Shown piece after piece: positions 28,605 through 36,976 of a stretch of DNA of 40,358 nt. The translations under genes were made by a program, and so were the position numbers. Origin of the DNA: a virus (lineage: Duplodnaviria > Caudoviricetes); IMG/VR virus record IMGVR_UViG_3300020440_000032, positions 1 to 40,358 of that record; one strand, written 5' to 3'. Within the stretch, counting starts at the first letter, position 1. The number at the start of each line of letters is the position of its first letter. The notes beneath the pieces were generated by a model. That model was given only the letters and a program-made list of their open reading frames with translations. It was not told where the DNA came from and made no database searches.

Positions 28605-30839
28605 ATGGCATACGTAATTAATAGAAGTGATGGAACAGCGTTTACAACGTTGCAGGATTCAACAATCGATACAACTTCTAGTGTAACATTAGTTGGAAGA
28701 AATTATATCGGTTACGGTGAAATTCAAAACGAAAACTTCTTATTCCTACTAGAAAACTTTTCTAATGCATCTGCTCCATCAAAACCAATTAGTGGACAAC
28801 TGTGGTGGGATACAACAGGTCCTTCACTTAAAGTATACGATGGCACCAAGTGGTCAGAAGTTGGTGCTGCAACTATTTCAGACACTGCACCTGAAGATCC
28901 GCCATTAGGTTCATTTTGGTATCAGACAGGCTCAAACACTTTACACACCTATAATGGAAGCAGTTGGGTTTTTATAGGACCAGAATCAGCAGAAGGATAT
29001 GGTGTAACCAGAGCAAGAAGCACCGTGCTAACAGCAGACACAGGAACAGGATATCCTGTAATACTAATTACAATATCTGATATAGTAGTTGCAATTGTAT
29101 CAACTAATTCGTTTACAATAGCAGACAGTAATCCTATAACAGGCTTTACTACAGTTGATACAGGAATAACTTTAAGTTCTTCTTATTTTGTTAATGGTGC
29201 ACTTAAAGGAAATGCAGATACAGCCACAGCACTTAGAACTGTTAGACAAATTAATGGTGTTGGCTTTGATGGTACACAAGATATCAATATTAGTGCAACC
29301 ACAACACACAGTTTAACAGCAGGTAATTATATTTCAGGCAATGACTTTGATGGTAGTGCAACAACAGAATGGTCAGTTGATGCAACATCCTCAAATGTAA
29401 TTGGAAAAATTGTAGTTAGGAATACCGCTGGTGGATTTAGTGCTGGCACTATTACAGCAGATTTAGAAGGAAATGTTACAGGTAATGTAACAGCAAGTTC
29501 TGGCACATCAAGATTTGATGTAGTTGAAGCAAATACATTTATAGGACAGACTTTAACAGGTAATGCATTTAGTGCAACAAAATTAAGAACAGCAAGAGAT
29601 ATAAACGGTGTACCTTTTGATGGACAATCAGATATTACAGTTCCAGCAAGTGCAAGAACACTTACTGATACAGCACTTGCAGCAAACGTAGTAAGTTCTC
29701 AACTAGAAAGTGTAGGTGAACTAACAAGCCTAGTTGTAAATGGCACTGTTGTTGTAAGCAGTAACCATACAATTATAGCAGGAGGAACAGGATCAACTAC
29801 AACAACAACACGTCAGATGAGACTTGTTGCAGATGATGGTACAGATACTTCAGTAGTTGATTTAATTTCACCTGACGTATCGGTTTCAGCAGGCTATGGC
29901 AGTAATGGCGGAATAGTTCCTGATGTTGATCAAGCACTAGACATTGGTAAAGACACAAAGAAATTTGATAATGTACATGCTAATACATTTCATGGTGCAT
30001 TGGTAGGTAACGCTGATTCATCCACTTCGGCGACAACCGCTACCAACATCGCTGGCGGAGCCGCAGGCTCCGTTGCTTACCAGACTGCGTCTGGCGCAAC
30101 TGCGTTGCTTCCTATCGGAGCAGTAGGCCAAGTTCTTAGATCTACAGGCTCAACAGTACAATGGGGTGCGGCAAGTTTAGCAGAAATAATACCAGGTGAT
30201 TACATTGTAGGTAGTAACTATGACGGATTATCATCACGTAATTGGTCAGTGGATGCTGACACAGCGAATACTGCAAGTAAAGTTGTAGCAAGAGATAGCA
30301 GCGGAAATTTTGCAGCAGGTACAATTAGTGCAAACTTATCTGGCAATGCAACTACCGCAACGTCATTACAAACAGCAAGAACAATTAACGGTGTTACATT
30401 TGATGGAACAGGCAACATAACAATTAACGCAACTGATTTAGATGCAGTTGCTAAAGCAGGCGGAACAATGACAGGTAGGTTAACGCTTTCAGCAGATCCT
30501 ACAAGTTCAATGCATGCTGCTACAAAACAGTATGTTGATGCTAGTTCTGGATATACAATTGTTTCAGGATCATCGTCAGCAGTAGGTTACACTAACCAAG
30601 TAGGTAGTTTTAATAATGGATCTAACTACTTTGATGTATATCCACCGTCAGGAAAATCTATGTCTAACTTAATAGCATTTATTCCATCAATAAGAACTAT
30701 TCATTATGCAGGTGGTGTAGATGGCAATGATAGTTTAAGATGTACATACACATATTTGAGTAATAGAATAAGAGTATACGTACAAAACACAGAACAAAGA
30801 AGCAAACCTGCGGCTAATTACTTAGGAGTATGGAGTTAA
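28605..30839 (+). CDS. Tail fibre protein, paralog 3, with internal repeats and a distinct C-terminal tip domain
   Basis: 744 aa with the shared N-terminus, three GNA..AT.L.T.R.INGV.FDG..DI.I repeats and HAATKQYVD. AGGAG RBS upstream. Followed by a chaperone-like gene. Confidence 0.85.
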   Translation: MAYVINRSDGTAFTTLQDSTIDTTSSVTLVGRNYIGYGEIQNENFLFLLENFSNASAPSKPISGQLWWDTTGPSLKVYDGTKWSEVGAATISDTAPEDPPLGSFWYQTGSNTLHTYNGSSWVFIGPESAEGYGVTRARSTVLTADTGTGYPVILITISDIVVAIVSTNSFTIADSNPITGFTTVDTGITLSSSYFVNGALKGNADTATALRTVRQINGVGFDGTQDINISATTTHSLTAGNYISGNDFDGSATTEWSVDATSSNVIGKIVVRNTAGGFSAGTITADLEGNVTGNVTASSGTSRFDVVEANTFIGQTLTGNAFSATKLRTARDINGVPFDGQSDITVPASARTLTDTALAANVVSSQLESVGELTSLVVNGTVVVSSNHTIIAGGTGSTTTTTRQMRLVADDGTDTSVVDLISPDVSVSAGYGSNGGIVPDVDQALDIGKDTKKFDNVHANTFHGALVGNADSSTSATTATNIAGGAAGSVAYQTASGATALLPIGAVGQVLRSTGSTVQWGAASLAEIIPGDYIVGSNYDGLSSRNWSVDADTANTASKVVARDSSGNFAAGTISANLSGNATTATSLQTARTINGVTFDGTGNITINATDLDAVAKAGGTMTGRLTLSADPTSSMHAATKQYVDASSGYTIVSGSSSAVGYTNQVGSFNNGSNYFDVYPPSGKSMSNLIAFIPSIRTIHYAGGVDGNDSLRCTYTYLSNRIRVYVQNTEQRSKPAANYLGVWS
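29208..30425 (+). repeat. Degenerate protein-level fibre shaft repeats
   Basis: GNADTATALRTVRQINGVGFDG (~29208), GNAFSATKLRTARDINGVPFDG (~29559) and GNATTATSLQTARTINGVTFDG (~30342), plus two G.YI.G..DG....WSVDA.......K.V.R...G.F.AGTI.A.L.GN units. Confidence 0.85.
30056..30108. repeat. Three tandem perfect inverted repeats with GCA/TGC triloops in a GC-rich patch
   Basis: CGGAGCC-GCA-GGCTCCG (30056-30072), CCAGAC-TGC-GTCTGG (30080-30094) and GCAAC-TGC-GTTGC (30096-30108). Confidence 0.9.
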
Positions 30840-30840
30840 T

Positions 30841-31206
30841 ATGAAATATATCTGTATAGAAGCCGGCGAAGTAACATCATTAATGAGTTACGAACCTGAG
30901 GTACCATCAGGTGTTACTGTTGTTGAAATAACTGATGAAAAGGCTGATCAACTAGAAGCAGGAACACACATTTTTGATGTTCCAACGCAGAGTGTTACAC
31001 TTAAAACTGAACAGGTTATTAGACGTGAAAATACAATTGAAGAAAATGGCCAAGAGAGAGAATTTTTAAATTCAACAGACTGGAAGGTATTGCGCCATAT
31101 TAGGCAAAAACACCTTGGTATTGCTACTACTTTAACTGAAGATCAATACACAGAACTTGAAAATCAACGAGAAGCAGCAGCACAGAGAGTTGTTGATATT
31201 GAATAA
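30841..31206 (+). CDS. Tail fibre assembly chaperone-like protein
   Basis: 121 aa directly after a fibre gene. The C-terminal REFLNSTDWKVLRH...R resembles the L..SDW motif of Phage_tail_APC-type chaperones. Confidence 0.7.
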   Translation: MKYICIEAGEVTSLMSYEPEVPSGVTVVEITDEKADQLEAGTHIFDVPTQSVTLKTEQVIRRENTIEENGQEREFLNSTDWKVLRHIRQKHLGIATTLTEDQYTELENQREAAAQRVVDIE

Positions 31207-31209
31207 ATA
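31204..31209 (+). promoter_or_regulatory. T4-type late promoter core overlapping a stop codon
   Basis: GAATAAATA with the TAA stop at 31204-31206, followed by AGGA and ATG 31233. Confidence 0.55.
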
Positions 31210-31232
31210 TAGTTACAAACTAGGAAAAATAC

Positions 31233-32975
31233 ATGGCATATCAAGTAGATAAATTTAACGGGACTTTTTTAACATCCGTAGCGGATGGTACTATTGATAC
31301 AACCACAGATCTAAGATTTGTTGGTAAAAACTATGCTGGATATGGTGAAGTACAAAACGAAAATTTCTTACATATACTTGAAAACTTTGCCAATACTACT
31401 GCTCCTCCTAAAGCACTTGAAGGGCAGATTTGGTATGATAGCGGAAACAAAAAACTTAAATTCTATGACGGTGTAAAATTTAAATCAGCATCAGGTGCTG
31501 AAATAAGTGCAACTGCACCAGGTGGATTAGGTATAGGTGACTTTTGGTGGGATACATCAGCAAAACAGATGTATGCTTACGATGGCGGAACATTTGTTTT
31601 AATTGGCCCTGAAGCAAGTCCAGACTTAGGTACAAGTGGTGTTGTAGCACAAGTTGTCAAAGACAGCGGTAATGCAAACCATTCTATACTCAAAGTTTTA
31701 GCAGGTGGTAAGACAGTTGCTATTGCATCACAAACAGCATTTACACTTAATAGTTCAGTTAATCCTATTGATGATTTTACTAACATCAAGAAAGGACTTA
31801 CACTTGCAAATACAGATTCAAATGGAATAAGTGCAGATGATTACATCTATTGGGGAACATCTTCAAACGCACTAAGACTTGGCGGATTGCAAGCAAGCGA
31901 TTATATTACAAAAGGCACAGTTGAATTCACAAGCACAGTACTTTATGATGATCCGGGATTAAAGATAGGTGATCAAAGAGATTTACATATATTCATTAAT
32001 AGTGCTGATGAGCCTAGAATAAACAGTTTACTTGGAAATCCGATTGACTTAGTAGTTACAGATGGTGGTGTAGATTACAAAACAGCACAGGTTACACTTA
32101 CAAGTTTACGTCCGGGAACAAGCGGAAATTTTGATTTAGGTGAGTCTACTTACCAATGGAGAAACATTTACGCACAAACAATAAGTGCAAATTTAACAGG
32201 TAATGTTACAGGTGATGTTACAGGATCAGTAACAGGAAATGTAATTGCAAATGATACACAGGTGATGATTAATGCATCAACTAAAGAAATTGGGTATACA
32301 GGAGCAACACTTGTAGGAACGCTGTTAGGAAACGTAAGCGGCAACGTTACTGGTACTGCTTCAAATGCTAATAACCTTAACAACATTCCACCTTCGATTG
32401 CCATACCTAGTCCTTTAACAACTAGTATTCCTGTAAGAGATTCTAGTGGTGATATCACTGCAAATCAATTTATTGGTATAGCAGACAATGCAGATAAACT
32501 TGCAGTAGACGGAACATATAGAGTTGCTGACACAGACCCTGTAGCAAACACGGTTGCAGCAAGAGATAGTTCAGGTAACCTCGAAGCGGTGTTATTTGAA
32601 GGAACAGCAACTTCAGCAAGATATGCTGACTTAGCAGAGAAATACTTAACTGATAAAAATTATGAAGATGGCACAGTTGTTAGTGTAGGCGGCGTACAAG
32701 AAGTAACAGCATGTAAAGAAGGTGACAGAGCATTAGGAGTTATATCTCCAAGTCCAGCATACATGATGAATGCACATTTAGCAGGCGGACAGTTTGTTGC
32801 ACTTAAAGGAAGATTACAGGTTAAAGTGATCGGACCAGTTAACAAAGGTGACAGACTAATTGCTACTGACAATGGATGTGCTAAAGCATCATCTAGTCAT
32901 GCAGACGTTTTTGGAATAGCATTAGAAAGCAACTCAAGCGAAGATGTTAAACATGTTGAATCGGTAGTTTTATAA
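31233..32975 (+). CDS. Tail fibre protein, paralog 4, with a C-terminal intramolecular chaperone/autocleavage domain (peptidase G2-like)
   Basis: 580 aa with the shared N-terminus, G-N/D-V-T-G repeats and ATSARYADLAEKY...GTVV...LGVIS..PAYMMN...VALKGR..VKVIGPVNKGD.L (ADLAE at 32625-32639). Confidence 0.8.
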   Translation: MAYQVDKFNGTFLTSVADGTIDTTTDLRFVGKNYAGYGEVQNENFLHILENFANTTAPPKALEGQIWYDSGNKKLKFYDGVKFKSASGAEISATAPGGLGIGDFWWDTSAKQMYAYDGGTFVLIGPEASPDLGTSGVVAQVVKDSGNANHSILKVLAGGKTVAIASQTAFTLNSSVNPIDDFTNIKKGLTLANTDSNGISADDYIYWGTSSNALRLGGLQASDYITKGTVEFTSTVLYDDPGLKIGDQRDLHIFINSADEPRINSLLGNPIDLVVTDGGVDYKTAQVTLTSLRPGTSGNFDLGESTYQWRNIYAQTISANLTGNVTGDVTGSVTGNVIANDTQVMINASTKEIGYTGATLVGTLLGNVSGNVTGTASNANNLNNIPPSIAIPSPLTTSIPVRDSSGDITANQFIGIADNADKLAVDGTYRVADTDPVANTVAARDSSGNLEAVLFEGTATSARYADLAEKYLTDKNYEDGTVVSVGGVQEVTACKEGDRALGVISPSPAYMMNAHLAGGQFVALKGRLQVKVIGPVNKGDRLIATDNGCAKASSSHADVFGIALESNSSEDVKHVESVVL

Positions 32976-33862
32976 TGCCCAACATTAGAGCCAGTGACAT
33001 AAACACAATCAGGCAAAAAATTACTGATGTCTTAGGCACCGGCTCATCTAGTTTCGGGTATGGACAAACAGTTTTTAGTTCTCCTGTAACATCAGGTACA
33101 ATTATTCAAAAATCTCAGTGGGACGCTGTAAGATTTGATATTGTAAATTCTTATATACACCAAACAGGAAATAACCCTAGTGCAATTATTGTTAGTACTC
33201 AAGATACTGTAAATGATGATGCAAGTGGTGCATTTCAAAACTATGATTACTTTGCTGACTTATTAAGAAATAATAGATTTGATGTTGCTACAGGACAATT
33301 TACATTAAGTTCAATTGATACAAAAACTACAAGTGCAACTTGGAGTAGTTCAGCCAATTGTACTATTACACTTGATTTTGCAACTGCTGATGACGGACGC
33401 CACTTTTTTAATAGTGGAGGAAAAATTAGAGTAGAAGCAATACACAGTGGAGGCACTACTGCACAAGCAAATGCTTGGACAAACATTTTAGCAACTATTG
33501 GTGAACAAGATTTTAAAGGCGATTTAGTAGCATCATTAGGTTATTATACATTAACTAATACATACCAAACATATTTTTCAAGGGCAGCAAGCACACCTTA
33601 TAGTGCTAACACATACAATCTTAAAGCAAGATGTAATGTTGCAGATAACAGTGCAGGCACAGCCACACAGGTAGAAATACAAGTTAATCTAGCAGATTCA
33701 TACGTAGATCCAGGTGCACCGCCTCCAGGAGACTTAGTGGACGGTACTTTAACCGTTAATGCTTACAAAATACAAGCAACAGGCACGTTACAACCAACAA
33801 ACGATCCGTTTTCAGTAACTGGCCCTAGTAGCATTACTATGTCAGCAATCAGCGTATCATAA
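32975..33862 (+). CDS. Putative virion structural protein (paralog A)
   Basis: 295 aa, Ser/Thr-rich, with motifs LGTGS..FGYGQ, RFDIVNSY.H and FFNSGG shared with the next gene. Coupled to the fibre gene by TAATG. Confidence 0.65.
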   Translation: MPNIRASDINTIRQKITDVLGTGSSSFGYGQTVFSSPVTSGTIIQKSQWDAVRFDIVNSYIHQTGNNPSAIIVSTQDTVNDDASGAFQNYDYFADLLRNNRFDVATGQFTLSSIDTKTTSATWSSSANCTITLDFATADDGRHFFNSGGKIRVEAIHSGGTTAQANAWTNILATIGEQDFKGDLVASLGYYTLTNTYQTYFSRAASTPYSANTYNLKARCNVADNSAGTATQVEIQVNLADSYVDPGAPPPGDLVDGTLTVNAYKIQATGTLQPTNDPFSVTGPSSITMSAISVS

Positions 33863-33865
33863 TAC

Positions 33866-33879
33866 TGCTATTATAAATA
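33866..33879 (+). promoter_or_regulatory. Perfect T4 late promoter TATAAATA (33872-33879) overlapped by TGCTATTAT
   Basis: Intergenic TGCTATTATAAATA, followed by a GAGGT RBS and ATG 33895. Confidence 0.75.
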
Positions 33880-33894
33880 CTTGTGAGGTAAAAA

Positions 33895-34854
33895 ATGGCA
33901 GGTGTAAACCAAAAAATCAGTAAAGTCGACTATAACGCTATCCAAAGTGATGTGAATAATATTTTGGGTACAGGCTCTGTAGATTTTGGTTATGGGCAAC
34001 CTATTTTAAGTTCGCAAGTTACAGAATCTAATTCAGTTACAGTAAATGAATATGCAGCATTACGCTTTGATATTATCAACGCCTATAAACATATATACAA
34101 TGCAACACCACCCGATGTTGATGCACAAACTATAGGTGCGTCAATTAGATTTGATAGTGCGCCACCAAACGCTGCTCCTATCAGTTATTGGCAATCAGTA
34201 GTAACTAGTATGTCCTCTCAAAGAAAAACACTAGCGGTAAGCGGACAACGTGTTACAACAAATCATGGCACTAATAATTTTACAAGTACATGGGGCTCAA
34301 GCACTGTTCCGCAGTTAACTTGTCAAGTTGATGTTGAATGGGCAACTAGTGAACAAGCAAGATTCTTTTTTAATTCTGGTGGTAGTATACAATTTACAAG
34401 TTCAAGATCAGGAGGCGCTACCTCAGCGCAAAACACTAGTTGGACAACACTTTTAAGCACAGCAGGAACTAGAACTTTCAGTGCTACTACTCCTGGTACA
34501 GGACTTACACCTGCTAATGGACAAAATTGGTTTAGATTAAGAAACTTTGGTGATACATGGAGTTCCGTAAGTGCTTCTAGTCCTTATGCACTTAACGTAT
34601 GGAGCATTACATGTGAAACAAATGATTCTCCTACTGTGTCTTCTAACAATACTGGTACATCAAGAAAGTTAAAGTTTATGGTATACTGGGTTGATAATCA
34701 TGCTCCTCTAGGAGGCAGTCCGGCAGACAATGTAGACGGAACTATGTCATTGACTGTCCAATCAGTAAAAGCATCTGGTGTTTTGGAACCAACGGGCTCA
34801 GGAAACTTTGAAATAACAACTCCCACAGTCACAATTGGAACAATCACAAACTAA
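33895..34854 (+). CDS. Putative virion structural protein (paralog B)
   Basis: 319 aa with LGTGSVDFGYGQ, RFDIINAYKH, FFNSGG, SPYALN and VDGT.SL; aligns by eye with 32975-33862 over its whole length. Confidence 0.65.
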   Translation: MAGVNQKISKVDYNAIQSDVNNILGTGSVDFGYGQPILSSQVTESNSVTVNEYAALRFDIINAYKHIYNATPPDVDAQTIGASIRFDSAPPNAAPISYWQSVVTSMSSQRKTLAVSGQRVTTNHGTNNFTSTWGSSTVPQLTCQVDVEWATSEQARFFFNSGGSIQFTSSRSGGATSAQNTSWTTLLSTAGTRTFSATTPGTGLTPANGQNWFRLRNFGDTWSSVSASSPYALNVWSITCETNDSPTVSSNNTGTSRKLKFMVYWVDNHAPLGGSPADNVDGTMSLTVQSVKASGVLEPTGSGNFEITTPTVTIGTITN

Positions 34855-34881
34855 TTAATTTTCCCCCTAACACAAATACCG

Positions 34882-34912
34882 ATAAATAATATGCTACTAT
34901 AATAAATAGGAG
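34882..34912 (+). promoter_or_regulatory. Composite promoter/RBS region: two TAAATA cores flanking TG-C-TACTAT/TATAAT, then AGGAG
   Basis: ATAAATAATATGCTACTATAATAAATAGGAG, with TAAATA at 34883-34888 and 34903-34908 and TATAAT at 34898-34903. Confidence 0.65.
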
Positions 34913-34917
34913 ATATT

Positions 34918-35268
34918 ATGCAGGAACAATTAGATAAAGCACTTGAGTTTGCTAATTATAGGCAATCATTTGCTATCCAAAGAAAAACCCTAAAGGAAAA
35001 AGTTGATGCACAATTAACTTACGGATTTAATGGTGGTATATTTAAAATTAATAGATCACTTTTAAATTTTGTTGAAATGTTAATTAACAAATCTAGAAAA
35101 GAAAATGTTGTTCTACTTGATATGAACGATAACCCAATACTCGTTGAGGATTTAACAAAATTTAGCGATGAAGTATTTGATAGATATTTTTCAGCAACCT
35201 TTACATATTTGGAAGAATACCAAAAAATTAAAAAGGCAAGATCTGTAGAAAAATTATTGGAAGTTTAA
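34918..35268 (+). CDS. Hypothetical protein, weakly reminiscent of DUF4376-type fibre-associated proteins
   Basis: 116 aa with a strong RBS and TAATG coupling to the next gene. The GGIF...LLDMNDNPILV...IKKARSVEKL pattern suggests the family, but that call is tentative. Confidence 0.55.
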   Translation: MQEQLDKALEFANYRQSFAIQRKTLKEKVDAQLTYGFNGGIFKINRSLLNFVEMLINKSRKENVVLLDMNDNPILVEDLTKFSDEVFDRYFSATFTYLEEYQKIKKARSVEKLLEV

Positions 35269-36134
35269 TGAGCAAAGGTGTAATTATATTTGCTCATAAT
35301 AATAGGCAGATAGACTATATTCGCATGAGTATTCTTGCAGCCAAACTAGCAAATAAAAATCTGCAGGTTCCTGTATCGCTAGTTACTGATCCATCAACAA
35401 TTGATTGGATGAAAGAATCAAACATTGAAAAAAAAGTTACACAAACATTTGATAAAATTATTATTACACAACGACCAGATGACACAAGTAATATAAAAAA
35501 TTATAATGATGGAAAAGATACTGTCCATGCTCCTTTCACTAATGGAAATAGATGTAGTGTATGGGATCTTACACCTTACGATAGAACATTAATGATAGAT
35601 AGTGATTACCTTACGCTAACAGATATTTTATCTACATATTGGGAAGTTGACAGTGATTTATTAATAAGCGGAAATTATAATGACATACAAGGGCATGAAA
35701 GAGTTGGATATCTCGATACACATATTTCTGAAACAGGAATAGAAATGCTATGGGCAACTACAGTTATGTTTACAAAAAATGAAACCACTAAAATATTTTT
35801 TGATTTAGTTTCTCATGTCAAAGAAAAATATAAAATGTATAGTGATATCTACAGATTTAATCCAATTATTTTTAGAAATGATATTGCATTTAGTATTGCA
35901 AAACACATAATGAATGGGCATCAGAAAATAAATGAACCTAAATTGCCTGATATTTTTTCAACAGCAGACAAAGATATTTTAGTTGATGTTTCCAACAAAA
36001 AATTAAAATTCTTAGTTGCACAAAATAACAGTGATGGTTATGTTGCTACAACTATTACTAACAAAGATGTACACGTAATGAATAAGTTCAGTATTATGAG
36101 AAATTACGATGACCTAATGGAGTTAGCTCAATGA
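35268..36134 (+). CDS. GT-A fold glycosyltransferase-like protein (GT8-like)
   Basis: 288 aa with N-terminal KGVIIFA, LTPYDRTLMIDSDYL (DxD motif), WATTVMF and FRNDIAFSIA. Confidence 0.7.
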   Translation: MSKGVIIFAHNNRQIDYIRMSILAAKLANKNLQVPVSLVTDPSTIDWMKESNIEKKVTQTFDKIIITQRPDDTSNIKNYNDGKDTVHAPFTNGNRCSVWDLTPYDRTLMIDSDYLTLTDILSTYWEVDSDLLISGNYNDIQGHERVGYLDTHISETGIEMLWATTVMFTKNETTKIFFDLVSHVKEKYKMYSDIYRFNPIIFRNDIAFSIAKHIMNGHQKINEPKLPDIFSTADKDILVDVSNKKLKFLVAQNNSDGYVATTITNKDVHVMNKFSIMRNYDDLMELAQ

Positions 36135-36976
36135 CATTTGGTTACTTAATTGTTGTGAATGAAACTGAAAATACTAATTATGCAAGATTAGCATACACAC
36201 TTGCATTAAGCATTAAAAATACACAAAAAGAAGGCTTTGATAAAGTTGCTTTAGTAATAAATGATAAAACAAAATTAGAAGGTTTTACGTCAACTTGGGT
36301 ATTTGACGAAATAATAGAATGGAATGATGCAACATATTGGGATGGTAGATCATACATGGATGAACTTTCACCGTGGGATTGTACTGTTTGTTTAGATGCT
36401 GACATGCTGTTCTTCAGAGACTATAGTCATTGGGTAGAATACTTTATAAAAAACAGCGAATTGTATATTGCAAACAAAGCCTATACATATAGAGGTGACT
36501 TAGTCACTAATGATTATTATAGAAAATGTTTCACAGCAAATGAATTACCTAATCTATATTCATTTTACACATTTTTTGTTAAAGACAGCACGATAGCAAA
36601 AGAATTCTTTAACCTGCAAAGACAAATTATAAAAAATCCTGAAATTTATGCTAATAATTTCTTGTTTAAGCATAAGCCAAAGATTATAGGTACAGATGAA
36701 GCATTTGCACTTGCATCAAAAATATTAGATATTACAGATGATATTGCATATAGTTTAAAATTTCCTAAAGTAGTACATATGAAAGGTATGGTACAGAATT
36801 GGCCATTTGGTGCAGATGATTGTTATGATCATATAGGGTTTTACCTAAACAAAAAAGGCAAATTAAAACTTGGAAATTTTGAACAAACAGATATAGTTCA
36901 TTACGTAAATAAAGAAACAGTCACTCTTGAGACAGTAAACATATTGGAGGAAATAGCATGGCAGAAAAACAAATAG
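36131..36976 (+). CDS. GT-A fold glycosyltransferase-like protein, paralog of the preceding gene
   Basis: 281 aa with FGYLIV...LALSIK, LSPWDCTVCLDADMLF (DxD), TDEAFALA, VHMK and VHYV. ATGA overlap with the previous gene. Confidence 0.75.
   Translation: MTFGYLIVVNETENTNYARLAYTLALSIKNTQKEGFDKVALVINDKTKLEGFTSTWVFDEIIEWNDATYWDGRSYMDELSPWDCTVCLDADMLFFRDYSHWVEYFIKNSELYIANKAYTYRGDLVTNDYYRKCFTANELPNLYSFYTFFVKDSTIAKEFFNLQRQIIKNPEIYANNFLFKHKPKIIGTDEAFALASKILDITDDIAYSLKFPKVVHMKGMVQNWPFGADDCYDHIGFYLNKKGKLKLGNFEQTDIVHYVNKETVTLETVNILEEIAWQKNK

Noticed and set aside
30025-30030. C-TTCG-G (UUCG tetraloop-like) sequence, possible terminator
   Set aside because: The stem does not extend beyond the closing pair and no U-tract follows.
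28605-30839. Diversity-generating retroelement or invertible shufflon acting on the fibres
   Set aside because: No reverse transcriptase, invertase or near-identical TR/VR pair differing at adenines was seen in the window. The fibre repeats are degenerate at all positions, and the hairpins lie mid-gene rather than after a C-terminal variable region. A remote template repeat cannot be excluded.
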